IMG/VR virus record: IMGVR_UViG_3300007539_000019
Location: 1 to 62,709 of that record
Strand: one strand, 5' to 3'
Origin: a virus
Taxonomy: Duplodnaviria; Caudoviricetes
Length of the DNA: 62,709 bases
Shown piece by piece: positions 1 to 9,440 of this stretch. Each line of letters opens with the position of its first letter. The first letter of the stretch is position 1. The position numbers and the translations under genes were made by a program. Under the pieces are notes generated by a model. The model ran no database searches and was not told the DNA's origin. It saw only the letters and a list, made by a program, of their open reading frames with translations.

Positions 1-456
1 TAAATCACAAGCAATTTCTATGTTAGTAACATTATGCCATGCTTCATCTGCATTAACACTACCATCGGGATTGCGACTTGGCTTTTTAAAAAATTTATCT
101 TTATCATATCGACAAATATGCCTCTCGATAATTTCGAGATCATCAGCAATGCAAGCCAAACGATGTTTGAGTTGAAGATTTTCTTTTAACAATTTTTCCA
201 TATTTTCTTTGGAAATATTCCTTTCTTCTTGTAATAATTTTACTTGATTCATTGTTAATTCATACTCCTGCTCTGTTAGATAAGAATAACTATCTAAAAA
301 TTCTTGTTTAGTTAGTTTGTTGAAGTCTGCCATCTTCTCTTCGTCATCAGTAAAATCGGTCGCAGGTATATTGCAAACATAATGACCTTTCTCTCTTAAA
401 GTCATATTTACTGAATCTTCGTAAGTTGGATAATCGTCTCCTATAATTTCTCTCAT
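1..456 (-). CDS. hypothetical phage protein, 3'-truncated at window edge
   Basis: ATG at 456 (MREIIGDDYPTY...), open frame to position 1; not in ORF track. Confidence 0.65.
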   Translation of the reverse strand, partial: MREIIGDDYPTYEDSVNMTLREKGHYVCNIPATDFTDDEEKMADFNKLTKQEFLDSYSYLTEQEYELTMNQVKLLQEERNISKENMEKLLKENLQLKHRLACIADDLEIIERHICRYDKDKFFKKPSRNPDGSVNADEAWHNVTNIEIACDL

Positions 457-460
457 TTTA

Positions 461-772
461 TTATCTTTTGTGGTTTCCCATTCCATCATAATTCATAACA
501 TCTGCTTCAGACATTTCACCTCTGATAAATGCCCCAAAAGCATCATCATCTAAATGAGAAGTATCAATAGGTTTAACTCCGAACTTTCCGATTAATTCAA
601 GTTGTTTAATTCTTTTATTTAATCTTTTGTTCATCTCTTCTTTTAATTTAAACATATCTTCCGCAATATCTTCAATTAAATCATATCCTGCTAATTCATA
701 TATTTGAGTATCCAATGAACTTTCAACATCAAATAAACTTTTTAATTTTCTTATCTCTTCATACTTTGTCAT
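461..772 (-). CDS. hypothetical protein
   Basis: ORF track; tightly packed with neighbours. Confidence 0.65.
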   Translation of the reverse strand: MTKYEEIRKLKSLFDVESSLDTQIYELAGYDLIEDIAEDMFKLKEEMNKRLNKRIKQLELIGKFGVKPIDTSHLDDDAFGAFIRGEMSEADVMNYDGMGNHKR

Positions 773-1052
773 TTTTATGCCTTTCTACAAAATCTTTAGC
801 TTCCATTAAATTATGGCAGAACTCCTCAACCTTGTCAATAGGAATGGTAAAATATTTATTTCGACTCAATCCTTGACTCGTAATTGCGGTGCATTTTACA
901 TAATTATTAAAAGTGTAACCATTTATTTCAAGACCGCTCAACCCGCTCCAATCTTTTGAACTAGACCAAGCAGTTTGTTTAACTAATTCTTTTTTAGTTC
1001 TACCTTCAGACCATTCCGTTGTTCCAATTATTTCTTTTGATATTACTTTCAT
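759..1052 (-). CDS. hypothetical protein (probable start MKVISKE at 1052)
   Basis: ORF-track start 1088 is the TTG of a TTGACA -35 box; ATG at 1052 lies 7 nt after the -10-like GAAAAT. Confidence 0.6.
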   Translation of the reverse strand: MKVISKEIIGTTEWSEGRTKKELVKQTAWSSSKDWSGLSGLEINGYTFNNYVKCTAITSQGLSRNKYFTIPIDKVEEFCHNLMEAKDFVERHKNDKV

Positions 1053-1106
1053 ACTTAATATTTTCCCATATATCTTGAACTCTGTCAAGATTTTTTAAAA
1101 TTTTTT

Positions 1107-1262
1107 TTAATTTTCTTTTTTATTTTGATTCTTTACTTTACTTCGACTTCCTATTGTTTTCTTAAATTTAGAAGCAGGGTGACTTGGATCACACCATAAC
1201 GGAAAAGGTCTTGATACTGAATTAGGATTTTTTACTTTTCTTCTTTTTCTAGGATTAGGCAT
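1107..1262 (-). CDS. small basic hypothetical protein (51 aa)
   Basis: MPNPRKRRKVKNPNS... read manually; fills the gap between ORFs. Confidence 0.5.
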   Translation of the reverse strand: MPNPRKRRKVKNPNSVSRPFPLWCDPSHPASKFKKTIGSRSKVKNQNKKEN

Positions 1263-1264
1263 AA

Positions 1265-1540
1265 TTAACTTATTTTCTTTTCGCACTCTATATTTGCTTT
1301 ATACATTTTCTTGTTATTTTCAATATCGTTTTTGCAATTAGTATTTAAATAATTAATGATTTTAGATTCATTTTTACCATCAAGAACTGCCCTGACAGAG
1401 GATTTAGCTTCATAGGAAAAATGGTAAGGAAAGTTCTTACAGAGAAATTTATAAAAGCGACCACTTATTTTGCCGTGCTTTAATTGTTTATGCAAATATC
1501 TTCTGTAATTGCAGTTGCGAGTATTATGCTTTGTTTTCAT
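1265..1540 (-). CDS. hypothetical protein
   Basis: ORF track; ATGA overlap with upstream gene. Confidence 0.6.
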   Translation of the reverse strand: MKTKHNTRNCNYRRYLHKQLKHGKISGRFYKFLCKNFPYHFSYEAKSSVRAVLDGKNESKIINYLNTNCKNDIENNKKMYKANIECEKKIS

Positions 1541-1836
1541 CTATCGTACATTGTAAAAATTGGTGGATTCAAATCAAGGCTCATACCTTGAAAAGTTCCA
1601 AGTGTATTAAATTCAAAAAACTCTCTAGCCTCTTCTTCTGTCATTCCAAAACTCATATTTACTTCTATTATTTTTTTAGTAGAATAAATAGCTCTTCCGC
1701 TTAAATCATAATCAATCACACAAGAATCAAAATCCTTTCTAGGTTCAAGAAGAATAACGGATTGCTCTAATCCTAAATTATATTCGTCTATTTCATTAAT
1801 CAAATCTTCATTTGATGTATTATTATTACAAATCAT
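1537..1836 (-). CDS. conserved phage hypothetical protein
   Basis: FD..VI....AIYS.KKII....GMTEEEAREFFEFN..G....PIF pattern of a widespread small phage family; likely start 1836. Confidence 0.7.
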   Translation of the reverse strand: MICNNNTSNEDLINEIDEYNLGLEQSVILLEPRKDFDSCVIDYDLSGRAIYSTKKIIEVNMSFGMTEEEAREFFEFNTLGTFQGMSLDLNPPIFTMYDR

Positions 1837-2111
1837 TTGTCTTGTGAAATATTTGAATCTTTTAGCGATTGAAAAGCACTCTCTCTTCTCGTAGCATTCG
1901 TTACTGAATAATGCTCGCACAAAACTTTATGCGTTTCTATGTCATTTATAATGGTTGAATATGGGATGAATTTACCTTGTTCATCATGAACCTGCTCATT
2001 TTCAATGCAATCATTATATAATTTTTCTTTATTTAAATCTTTCATAGTTATCGCCCTCAAATTTTTTAACTGATCTAAAAAATATAATCCTTCTGAGTTT
2101 AAACAAATCAT
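1833..2111 (-). CDS. hypothetical protein
   Basis: ORF track; ATGA coupling at 2108-2111. Confidence 0.55.
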   Translation of the reverse strand: MICLNSEGLYFLDQLKNLRAITMKDLNKEKLYNDCIENEQVHDEQGKFIPYSTIINDIETHKVLCEHYSVTNATRRESAFQSLKDSNISQDK

Positions 2112-2722
2112 GCCGACCATTCTCTCCACCCAACACTATCATATTTTAAATCTTTCTTTTGTTCTAAATTCATTATGCTTTTTAATTTTTTCTTAACTTC
2201 TCCCCACACCTTATCTTCTGTGTCAGAATTTTCCATTTTGTAATTACAATAATCATGCCATATCTCACATATCTTGTCAATGTTTTTATCATCGGGTTTT
2301 ACATTATAACGATTCCAATTCTTTTCTCCATCAATTATTTCTTGCTCAATCCATTCAGCAGGAAAACCTTCAGAGAAATACATTAAACCATTATCTTTTG
2401 CAAAATCCCTAGCAGTAGAAACAAAACTACCCTCTGTTTTATGGCACTCGTAGTAATTCGCATCTTCATGCCAAGACTCATAGACGCTAATTCCAAATTG
2501 AAAAGTGTCTTTTATGGCAACATTTTCCTGTCGCCAATAAGGTTGATATGTATCTCCATGTTCTAATAATTCAACACTATTTTCTTTGCCGTACCATTTC
2601 ATGTGCGACATTATTTTTTTATTAGAATAAACTAAAACTTTAAACTCCGAAAGAAGTTCTTCATTTGATTTAGTTGTTTTATTTATTCTTCTAAAACTTA
2701 CTGATAATCCTTCTCCGCCCAT
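2108..2722 (-). CDS. hypothetical protein
   Basis: ORF track 2108..2761; probable start MGGEG at 2722. Confidence 0.7.
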   Translation of the reverse strand: MGGEGLSVSFRRINKTTKSNEELLSEFKVLVYSNKKIMSHMKWYGKENSVELLEHGDTYQPYWRQENVAIKDTFQFGISVYESWHEDANYYECHKTEGSFVSTARDFAKDNGLMYFSEGFPAEWIEQEIIDGEKNWNRYNVKPDDKNIDKICEIWHDYCNYKMENSDTEDKVWGEVKKKLKSIMNLEQKKDLKYDSVGWREWSA

Positions 2723-2723
2723 T

Positions 2724-2948
2724 TTAAATTTCCTCGCAACTGAAGACTCCCCTATCTCCATGAGTTTGATTGCCGTGATATTTAGTTAAACCTTCGTATG
2801 TGGGTGGGGGATAAAACAATTTATCGCAACCATACTCATCAAGTAATTCTTCTGCAATTTCTTCTGCTTTATCTACGCTCTCAGCTTCAACTACAATGTA
2901 TCCACCAATCTCTTCTGTTACTGATAATCTATACTTTTTTGTTTTCAT
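2724..2948 (-). CDS. small phage protein (V.AES...A.E.A motif)
   Basis: ORF; directly follows a sigma70-type promoter. Confidence 0.7.
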   Translation of the reverse strand: MKTKKYRLSVTEEIGGYIVVEAESVDKAEEIAEELLDEYGCDKLFYPPPTYEGLTKYHGNQTHGDRGVFSCEEI

Positions 2949-2954
2949 GCTAAT

Positions 2955-2983
2955 ATTGTAGCAATAATAAAAAAGTATGTCAA
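2955..2983 (-). promoter_or_regulatory. sigma70-type promoter, leaderless
   Basis: TTGACA-N17-TACAAT-N6-ATG(2948). Confidence 0.75.
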
Positions 2984-2986
2984 ACT

Positions 2987-3400
2987 TTATTTTTTAAAAT
3001 TTTTAGAAATATTTAAAAATTCTTTTGGATTTGATATATCTTGTTCTTTTGGCTTCTTTACTCTTTGTGCGACTTCTTCCGACAAATTTTCATAACGAGA
3101 CATTAAATTCTTTAATTCATTATCATTAGAATTTTTTATCTCATTTTTTAAGGAGCAAACATGATCCTTTGGAATTAAATTAATTAAAGAATTATTATTT
3201 ACATTGACCTCTGAATGAATTAATTGATTAAATTCAAATGGAAGATTTGGTAACAATAACTTTTCTTCATCAGATAGTATGTTATATTTAGAAGAAAATT
3301 GATCTAATTTATCTTCTGCATCTTCTTGTGAAGATGCTTTTACTTTTGTAATTCCGACTTGCTGAACCGAAACTACAACTTCATACCAATCTTCACTCAA
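2987..3400 (-). CDS. hypothetical protein (N-terminal V.ASS.EDAE motif)
   Basis: ORF track. Confidence 0.6.
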   Translation of the reverse strand: MSEDWYEVVVSVQQVGITKVKASSQEDAEDKLDQFSSKYNILSDEEKLLLPNLPFEFNQLIHSEVNVNNNSLINLIPKDHVCSLKNEIKNSNDNELKNLMSRYENLSEEVAQRVKKPKEQDISNPKEFLNISKNFKK

Positions 3401-3564
3401 TTTTCTGACTTATCCTTGATGGAAAGAGAAAGGTCAATGAGAATTTTATTCAAATTAGATACCTCTTCATTTAATTTTGATACTTCTTCTACCAATTTCT
3501 CGATAGGAGTTCCAATTCTCCAGCCTAACCATTTAGTATCTTTTGATGTTTCTTGATCGCTCAT
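3397..3564 (-). CDS. small coiled-coil hypothetical protein (55 aa)
   Basis: MSDQETSKDTKWLGWRIG... read manually; preceded by TTAACA-N18-TATAAT-N6-ATG. Confidence 0.65.
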   Translation of the reverse strand: MSDQETSKDTKWLGWRIGTPIEKLVEEVSKLNEEVSNLNKILIDLSLSIKDKSEN

Positions 3565-3629
3565 AATTTTATTATATATAGATTATTTTTTTGTTGTTAA
3601 AAGTAATTGTAATTTATTTATAAAAAAAA

Positions 3630-4025
3630 TCAAATTATATTTAATTTTTTAAACACTTTTTCTTCGTCCTCTTTTTTTACTTGATTAATTACAGCCTCTT
3701 TATCTGTTTGAATTCTTTCCATAATCTCGTTTATCTCTTTTTCCGTACAGGTACAAGATGAACACTCAGAGCTATATTCAAAAATATCACCTTCTGTCCA
3801 TACAGATAATTGATATGTTTTTGAGATTAGTTCATCTCCATCGTATTTGTGTTCACCTGCTATAAAATCTTTTTTATATAAATAATTCTTTAAATCTCTT
3901 GCTTGAATTTTTGTATATTCTAAAACAACTTCTAATCCATTGTCAAGGATAATATCCCCGATATATGAATTTTCATGAGTGGGATGATCCCTAAATTTTA
4001 TATCATCGAAGGTCTTCTGTGACAT
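3630..4025 (-). CDS. hypothetical protein
   Basis: ORF track. Confidence 0.65.
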   Translation of the reverse strand: MSQKTFDDIKFRDHPTHENSYIGDIILDNGLEVVLEYTKIQARDLKNYLYKKDFIAGEHKYDGDELISKTYQLSVWTEGDIFEYSSECSSCTCTEKEINEIMERIQTDKEAVINQVKKEDEEKVFKKLNII

Positions 4026-4287
4026 AAGAAATTATTTCGTTTAATTGATCTTCATTTTTTGCCAAAAAATCATCAAATGTATCTGTTGGGCAAATATCTC
4101 CAATAGAGTGCATAATCTTTTCTAAATCACAATCTCTATCTAAATTCTCATCGACCCCCTGTTTAATCGTAGTAATTACATTGAAGAAATCTCTTAATTC
4201 TTCTGCTTCCTGTATATATTTGATTTGTGATTTGCCAAGTTTCATTTTTCGGCAAGTTCCATCGTCTGACTCAAATTGTTTTTGCAT
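4003..4287 (-). CDS. hypothetical protein
   Basis: ORF track. Confidence 0.6.
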   Translation of the reverse strand: MQKQFESDDGTCRKMKLGKSQIKYIQEAEELRDFFNVITTIKQGVDENLDRDCDLEKIMHSIGDICPTDTFDDFLAKNEDQLNEIISYVTEDLR

Positions 4288-4331
4288 AATATGTTTATTA
4301 TCTTTTAAATGAATTAAAATTCCAAAATTTT

Positions 4332-4607
4332 TTAAAAATTTTCTTCAACCCTATCAAAAAGCCAAGCAAGTAAAGATTTTAAACTCTCTACATATTTTTC
4401 GGGGTTATTTCTTTCTATCCAAAATGCTAATTGTTCCGCACAAAAACCTAATTCGTTAGCAAGTTCTTTTAAGGAATCTAAGTCATTAAAATCTTGGCGA
4501 TATTGTTCGGTAAATAGCTTAATATATTTAGTTAATTCTCTAGTATAGGCAGAATCAAAACCTATGTCATCATTTCGACCACTAAAGCTATGAAGATAAA
4601 AGTGCAA
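4332..4607 (-). CDS. possible hypothetical protein (start uncertain)
   Basis: ORF track; TTG start, overlaps the micropeptide at 4562-4633. Confidence 0.35.
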   Translation of the reverse strand: MHFYLHSFSGRNDDIGFDSAYTRELTKYIKLFTEQYRQDFNDLDSLKELANELGFCAEQLAFWIERNNPEKYVESLKSLLAWLFDRVEENF

Positions 4608-4633
4608 AATAATATCGAGAAAGTTTCTATCAC
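4562..4633 (-). CDS. putative single-TM micropeptide MIETFSILFCTFIFIALVVEMMT
   Basis: GTG start exactly 15 nt after a GTGTA motif (4648); hydrophobic 23 aa. Confidence 0.45.
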   Translation of the reverse strand: MIETFSILFCTFIFIALVVEMMT

Positions 4634-4642
4634 ATAATGATG

Positions 4643-4864
4643 TTACACATCATAATCGCCATTTACATATTTATTTAAATTTTCCAATTCATCCTCTGCC
4701 GTTGCTAAATCAGAAAGTGCTTGTTTAGCATTATTATAGAAATCCTCTGTTGAATGATCTCCAATGCCAACTGCCTTATCATCCATAAGATGAAGAGTCA
4801 TTAATGCTTTGGCTTTTCTAGCCTCTGCATCTGTTTTTAATAAATTAAATAATTGAGTATTCAT
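4643..4864 (-). CDS. conserved phage hypothetical protein
   Basis: VGIGDHS motif in a helical hairpin typical of a marine phage small-protein family. Confidence 0.7.
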   Translation of the reverse strand: MNTQLFNLLKTDAEARKAKALMTLHLMDDKAVGIGDHSTEDFYNNAKQALSDLATAEDELENLNKYVNGDYDV

Positions 4865-5100
4865 TTTCTTTTCCCCTTGTTATCATATTTTCTTTTCCAA
4901 TATTTTCCACAATCTCTTAGTGAAGAGTTTGCATCTCTGATATATTCTAATGTATCATTGATTAATTGTACTTGTGCGTCTAATGTTTGCGATTTATTTT
5001 TATTTTTTATTTGCTCAAGGACTTCTTGAATGAAATTAATATACGGACAAGTATCGGGCGGAACTTCGGGTTCTTTATTATTAGGAAATAAACTATTCAC
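4861..5100 (-). CDS. conserved phage hypothetical protein
   Basis: P.VPPDTCP.I....LE.IR.AN..LR motif. Confidence 0.65.
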   Translation of the reverse strand: MNSLFPNNKEPEVPPDTCPYINFIQEVLEQIKNKNKSQTLDAQVQLINDTLEYIRDANSSLRDCGKYWKRKYDNKGKRK

Positions 5101-5114
5101 ATAACACCTTTGAT

Positions 5115-5594
5115 TTATGTGAAAATAATTCTGCGTCGATTGTTATCCTCTTCATCATATTCATGAAATTCACTAGCAAAATTAGGTATATGAATTGGGT
5201 CATCTTTTTTGTCATATTTAGAGTCCAAAACATTTTTCACAATCTTTTTGGAAATAAATTTTTTTGTATAAGTTTTTTTAGAAAAAACCCACGATCCATT
5301 TTCAAACTTCATATCGCCATTATTTAATAATTCATTAAGTTCTTGAATAATTCCTCGATAAATATTATGAGCGATTATGTTCCCTACCTGCTTGAAATTA
5401 AATAATTTACTGAGTGAATCATTAAAACAAGGTGCATATTTGAATAGAGTGTCTCGAATTGCATCGCTAAACTCTAAAGTCTCGGTACTAGCACTAAAAT
5501 AAAGTTGCTGAAACCACTCATCATCTAACAAAGAAAGAATATGTTGAGATAATTCTTCTTTGAATTTATTTTTCTGTTCTTCTATTTCATTCAT
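5115..5594 (-). CDS. hypothetical protein
   Basis: ORF track. Confidence 0.65.
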   Translation of the reverse strand: MNEIEEQKNKFKEELSQHILSLLDDEWFQQLYFSASTETLEFSDAIRDTLFKYAPCFNDSLSKLFNFKQVGNIIAHNIYRGIIQELNELLNNGDMKFENGSWVFSKKTYTKKFISKKIVKNVLDSKYDKKDDPIHIPNFASEFHEYDEEDNNRRRIIFT

Positions 5595-5766
5595 ATTTTT
5601 TATTTTTCCATATTACGTTATCCTTGTCAAGCTCGGAACTCCAAATCATAAATTTTCTATAAAGTGGATACAACCAACTAAAACAATTAAAATAAAGAAA
5701 CTTGCTAACCAAATCTCCCACATGGTATAAAAATTTACTGAGAATAATTCTCGGCAATTTGCTCAT
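5587..5766 (-). CDS. small hypothetical protein
   Basis: ORF track; probable start MSKLPRII at 5766. Confidence 0.55.
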   Translation of the reverse strand: MSKLPRIILSKFLYHVGDLVSKFLYFNCFSWLYPLYRKFMIWSSELDKDNVIWKNKKYE

Positions 5767-6016
5767 ACCATTCATTAATTTTTTTTGCAACATCAACTAT
5801 CAAGTCATCTTCTTTTATTTCTTGTTGTAATTCAAAACTTAATTGATCTAATTGTTCTTTAGTTAAATCAAAATCTAAGAAAGAACTTTCATCTGTTACT
5901 AGAGATAATCCGTAACCTTCCTCAATATCATCAAGACAATTAAGGATTTGATTTACTTCCTTATTATATTTTTTAACCTTATCTTCAGAACCCCAAATTA
6001 TTTTTTTATTATTCAT
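5735..6016 (-). CDS. hypothetical acidic protein
   Basis: ORF track; probable start MNNKKII at 6016. Confidence 0.6.
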   Translation of the reverse strand: MNNKKIIWGSEDKVKKYNKEVNQILNCLDDIEEGYGLSLVTDESSFLDFDLTKEQLDQLSFELQQEIKEDDLIVDVAKKINEWYEQIAENYSQ

Positions 6017-6431
6017 CGTCAGGATAAGATACAGGAAAAGTGTCAACAAAGACGATTTCATCATCAACTTCAGTTATAATAGAATAATTTCTAGGTTCTT
6101 CAAACTTTAACCTCTTAATTTCATTAATTAAATTTATTCTAGTATTTGGGGAGTTGCATGAAAAATCTCTATCTATTATTTGTCTTGCTTCAATTTCTCC
6201 CATTGGGTCTGTAATAGAAATTTTAAGATTATGCTCACCAACGGAAAGTTCGGACAGGGAAACATACCAAACCATTTGTGGATGTCTAACAGGGAAATCT
6301 TTTGCCCTAAGTTTGGAAAAAATACCCAATAAGGAAATTTTTCCTGTTGCAGGATCGGTATATATTTGATCGCATACAAGAAAAGAGTTTACTCTACATT
6401 TTGTTGATAATACTTGATTATTTTCTGTCAT
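6009..6431 (-). CDS. DUF6941-like beta-sandwich protein
   Basis: FLVCD....D..TGK.SLLGIF.....FP motif. Confidence 0.6.
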   Translation of the reverse strand: MTENNQVLSTKCRVNSFLVCDQIYTDPATGKISLLGIFSKLRAKDFPVRHPQMVWYVSLSELSVGEHNLKISITDPMGEIEARQIIDRDFSCNSPNTRINLINEIKRLKFEEPRNYSIITEVDDEIVFVDTFPVSYPDDE

Positions 6432-6501
6432 TTTTCCATAGGTTATTGATTGATATACATAATAATGTAATAGCGACTATTACTGCAAGCAAAAAATCCA
6501 T
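6418..6501 (-). CDS. putative single-TM micropeptide (27 aa)
   Basis: MDFLLAVIVAITLLCISINNLWKNDRK; start overlaps upstream stop. Confidence 0.45.
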   Translation of the reverse strand: MDFLLAVIVAITLLCISINNLWKNDRK

Positions 6502-6710
6502 TATTCACCAAATCTATTTAAGAAATTAGTGGGTTCGCATATTAGCAATTCGTCCTCTAAATATTTAAGCTCTTCTCGCTCCAACTCTTTTTCTTGCTCT
6601 TTTACATCTCCATATTTATCTTTAAACTTCTTGTCTTTTTCTTCTTGTATTCTCATTCCATGTTCCCACCTAATATATGCTAACCTAGATTTTTTAGATT
6701 TTTTCTTCAT
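6501..6710 (-). CDS. hypothetical protein
   Basis: ORF track. Confidence 0.55.
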   Translation of the reverse strand: MKKKSKKSRLAYIRWEHGMRIQEEKDKKFKDKYGDVKEQEKELEREELKYLEDELLICEPTNFLNRFGE

Positions 6711-6714
6711 AAAC

Positions 6715-6915
6715 TTATATTTTAATTTTTACTTTTATTGCATTGATGATAGATGTAACTCCTGCTTCGTTGCGAGTATGTAATTGCTCGCCATTAACAA
6801 AAGTTATTTTCCACCATTTTTCGCCCTTGAGAGGATCATGCCGAGCTTTAACATATACCACATTTGATGGGTTAATGTGATAACTTTCATTGTTTGCATC
6901 TTCTATTTGTATCAT
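6715..6915 (-). CDS. small beta-rich hypothetical protein
   Basis: INP.NV.YV....I.F.NG pattern. Confidence 0.6.
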   Translation of the reverse strand: MIQIEDANNESYHINPSNVVYVKARHDPLKGEKWWKITFVNGEQLHTRNEAGVTSIINAIKVKIKI

Positions 6916-7184
6916 TTTAAAATTACTAAATTATTTTCTTGTTCAGTAGTCTGTATATACATATCTGAATGAAATGGTTTAAAATATTCGTAATACTCTT
7001 GAGCATCTTTTAGCGAGGAAGTGCTATACAATGGCTCTCTTGGGTCATGCTCCAAATAAATATAATACATATCCTTATTTGAGCAAGAAAAAACTATTCC
7101 AAGAAAAATTATAACAATTAGAATTGTTAAGATTAAGCTAATGAAATTACTAAAATTTTCAAATGGATCATCTTCTTGTCTCAT
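6912..7184 (-). CDS. membrane-anchored hypothetical protein
   Basis: N-terminal hydrophobic helix ending FSCS (possible lipobox). Confidence 0.55.
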   Translation of the reverse strand: MRQEDDPFENFSNFISLILTILIVIIFLGIVFSCSNKDMYYIYLEHDPREPLYSTSSLKDAQEYYEYFKPFHSDMYIQTTEQENNLVILK

Positions 7185-7186
7185 AG

Positions 7187-7516
7187 TTAAAAAATGTAAT
7201 CACTATCATCTTGTTTGTATAAATTTTCTTGAAAGTCTTGAACTTTTTTATTGTGCAATGCTTCGTCCCAACCTTTAGCATAACCTTCGTTATATTTGTC
7301 GTTTTTGAGATGACCTTGCATATTGTCATTTCTTTCTTCTTCAGTAAACCATGTATATTCGGTATTAAAAGCATCATCTACATTGCTAGGGTGGAATCCT
7401 GCACATACAAGTAGACCCTTGAACATTTCTACCGCATCATGAATAGTTGAGCAGTCGAATCCATATTCATCTTCAACGCTAAAAACTTTATTATCTGTTG
7501 AAATTGATATTTTCAT
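7187..7516 (-). CDS. hypothetical protein
   Basis: ORF track; probable start MKISIS at 7516 (ATGA overlap). Confidence 0.65.
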   Translation of the reverse strand: MKISISTDNKVFSVEDEYGFDCSTIHDAVEMFKGLLVCAGFHPSNVDDAFNTEYTWFTEEERNDNMQGHLKNDKYNEGYAKGWDEALHNKKVQDFQENLYKQDDSDYIF

Positions 7517-7644
7517 TTTTTTTTCCAATTTATTTTTTCGTAGTTTTTTTTAAACCTAGCTGAAATATTTCTAGGCGAATCACCTTTTCCGTTTTGACTT
7601 TTAGGTTTACTTTGTTTAGTTTGTTTCTTCGACTTCTCCTTCAT
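7513..7644 (-). CDS. small basic phage peptide (GKGDSPR...NYEKINW type, 43 aa)
   Basis: Read manually; the GKGD.PR....NY..I motif recurs in tiny phage ORFs. Confidence 0.55.
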   Translation of the reverse strand: MKEKSKKQTKQSKPKSQNGKGDSPRNISARFKKNYEKINWKKK

Positions 7645-7912
7645 GTCCAAAAAGTTTATCTAAAGTTATTGTTTCCATTTTCTCCGACTCATCTACAAGT
7701 GGAGCAAATTTTATTTTATCCATTTCTAAAATATTATAAGAAGACTTTTGTGCATCATCAAGCATTAATCTCAAAGAATTTAATAAATCTTCAACACTAT
7801 CTCCTACTAATTCTGCTTTTTCAGAATGTGCGGATATTTCTCCATCATCATTATAAATGACTTCATAAAGACCATAAGTGTCTTTATCTTTAATTATTCT
7901 GTAATTCCACAT
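7616..7912 (-). CDS. conserved phage hypothetical protein
   Basis: WNYRII....YGLYEV.Y.DDG motif. Confidence 0.7.
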   Translation of the reverse strand: MWNYRIIKDKDTYGLYEVIYNDDGEISAHSEKAELVGDSVEDLLNSLRLMLDDAQKSSYNILEMDKIKFAPLVDESEKMETITLDKLFGHEGEVEETN

Positions 7913-7922
7913 TGCTTTTATT

Positions 7923-8369
7923 TTAATATATTCTAAAAGAACCTTCTCTCAAGAAAGAAATGAAACCTCTTAAATATTTTTTACTTTCTTCTCCCGAAAA
8001 TTCAACCAATAAAGATGCTTTTTGTTGCCCCCAAATCTTCTTTCTTTTTTCAAAGAAACTTTCATCTATTTTACCTGATGTTCTTGGTCTGACATCTCTG
8101 TCGGGAATATCGTCAAGGGAAGATTCTAGTGCTTTAGCGAAGCCCTCTGCATCTTCTTTGGAAACAAGTTGACCATCATTGCTAAAATATCCACCTGCCC
8201 ACTCTTCTGCTTCATGATCGTCATCTTTCCCTTCATTTAAATAACTTAAATCTAACTCTGTACCAAGGGGTTGCCAATCATAACTTAGTGCTAAATTAAA
8301 AACACTACCCCAACCCCACATATTCCATCTATACCCATGTCCTTTTTCGTTTGATAAATCGTATCCCAT
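7923..8369 (-). CDS. hypothetical protein
   Basis: MGYDL...W..V..LA..YDW.P.GT...Y..NDGQ.V...DA...A.AL pattern. Confidence 0.7.
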   Translation of the reverse strand: MGYDLSNEKGHGYRWNMWGWGSVFNLALSYDWQPLGTELDLSYLNEGKDDDHEAEEWAGGYFSNDGQLVSKEDAEGFAKALESSLDDIPDRDVRPRTSGKIDESFFEKRKKIWGQQKASLLVEFSGEESKKYLRGFISFLREGSFRIY

Positions 8370-8387
8370 GATAATTACCTTTCTGCT

Positions 8388-8690
8388 TTAGTTCCAATTA
8401 AAGTCTATATTATAACCTACTGCACGACGCTTGTCAATGTTTTTCGATGGACAAGTTACTTCTATGCAAATATCTCTACCTAAATGATCGCCATCTATGA
8501 TTGGAGCGCCTTCTTTGTCCATTTCTTCTACCCAATCAATATTTAAATCATCAGATGGAAATAGATTATCTTCAGACATATCGTCTAACCACATAATTGG
8601 TGCAGACCAATCATCTGTATCATCTTCTTGTCTAATTGTTAGCCAACTATACCATCCTTCTTCTCCTAGTTTTGCATTTTTATTTTTCAT
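8388..8690 (-). CDS. hypothetical acidic protein
   Basis: ORF track. Confidence 0.6.
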   Translation of the reverse strand: MKNKNAKLGEEGWYSWLTIRQEDDTDDWSAPIMWLDDMSEDNLFPSDDLNIDWVEEMDKEGAPIIDGDHLGRDICIEVTCPSKNIDKRRAVGYNIDFNWN

Positions 8691-8856
8691 TTTTTAACTC
8701 CGCCCTTATATATCTTTTCTTTTCGTGATTTAATAATAATTGTTTATTTAATTTAAATGCCTCTTCTTTAGTCATCTTAATTGGTTTTTCGGGCAATCTT
8801 TCATGTCCATGTGGACGATTCCAATCAACTGCAATATAATCTACTCTATTCATCTA

Positions 8857-9192
8857 TCATTTCTCTACATCTAGTTTATTTTCTTCGGGATGATAAAAAG
8901 CTAATAACAATGTATAATTAGTATTAATAGAGTGATATTTATTATTTTCAGTTGGTGGATCAACAGGATAAACTTCGCACGTCCAACTTCTATCGAGATC
9001 ATCCCATTCAGACATCATGTGGAAATTATAATCAACAAAACTACCATCGTCTAACTTGAGTGCATTCCAATAATCTGTATTATCACCATCGGTTTTAACA
9101 TCGTGATCTGCTTCAACTTTTTTAACATGATCCAAAAACAATGAAAGTATTTTGTCTTTATATTTTTGCTCTAATTCTAAACAAGTATTCAT
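8857..9192 (-). CDS. hypothetical protein
   Basis: ORF track. Confidence 0.6.
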   Translation of the reverse strand: MNTCLELEQKYKDKILSLFLDHVKKVEADHDVKTDGDNTDYWNALKLDDGSFVDYNFHMMSEWDDLDRSWTCEVYPVDPPTENNKYHSINTNYTLLLAFYHPEENKLDVEK

Positions 9193-9195
9193 ATT

Positions 9196-9405
9196 TTATT
9201 CTTCCCTTTTTTTCTTTTTATTAACTTCGTATTCTTGCCACATCATTTGGTAGCGAGTTTTATGTAGCTGATTCATGCCAATAAGCATATTTAATAACTC
9301 ATCTTCTGTAAATCTGCGAGAAGAATCACCGATTGCATAGATCATTGCTTCTATATCTTGTTCTATGTGATTCATCCTGCCCATTGCTTCTTCTAACTTA
9401 TTCAT
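9196..9405 (-). CDS. conserved phage hypothetical protein
   Basis: EDEL.N.LIG..QL pattern; promoter upstream. Confidence 0.7.
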   Translation of the reverse strand: MNKLEEAMGRMNHIEQDIEAMIYAIGDSSRRFTEDELLNMLIGMNQLHKTRYQMMWQEYEVNKKKKREE

Positions 9406-9411
9406 TTTTAT

Positions 9412-9440
9412 ATTATCGCAGAAAAAAAACTAAATGTCAA
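9412..9440 (-). promoter_or_regulatory. sigma70-type promoter, leaderless
   Basis: TTGACA-N17-GATAAT-N6-ATG(9405). Confidence 0.75.
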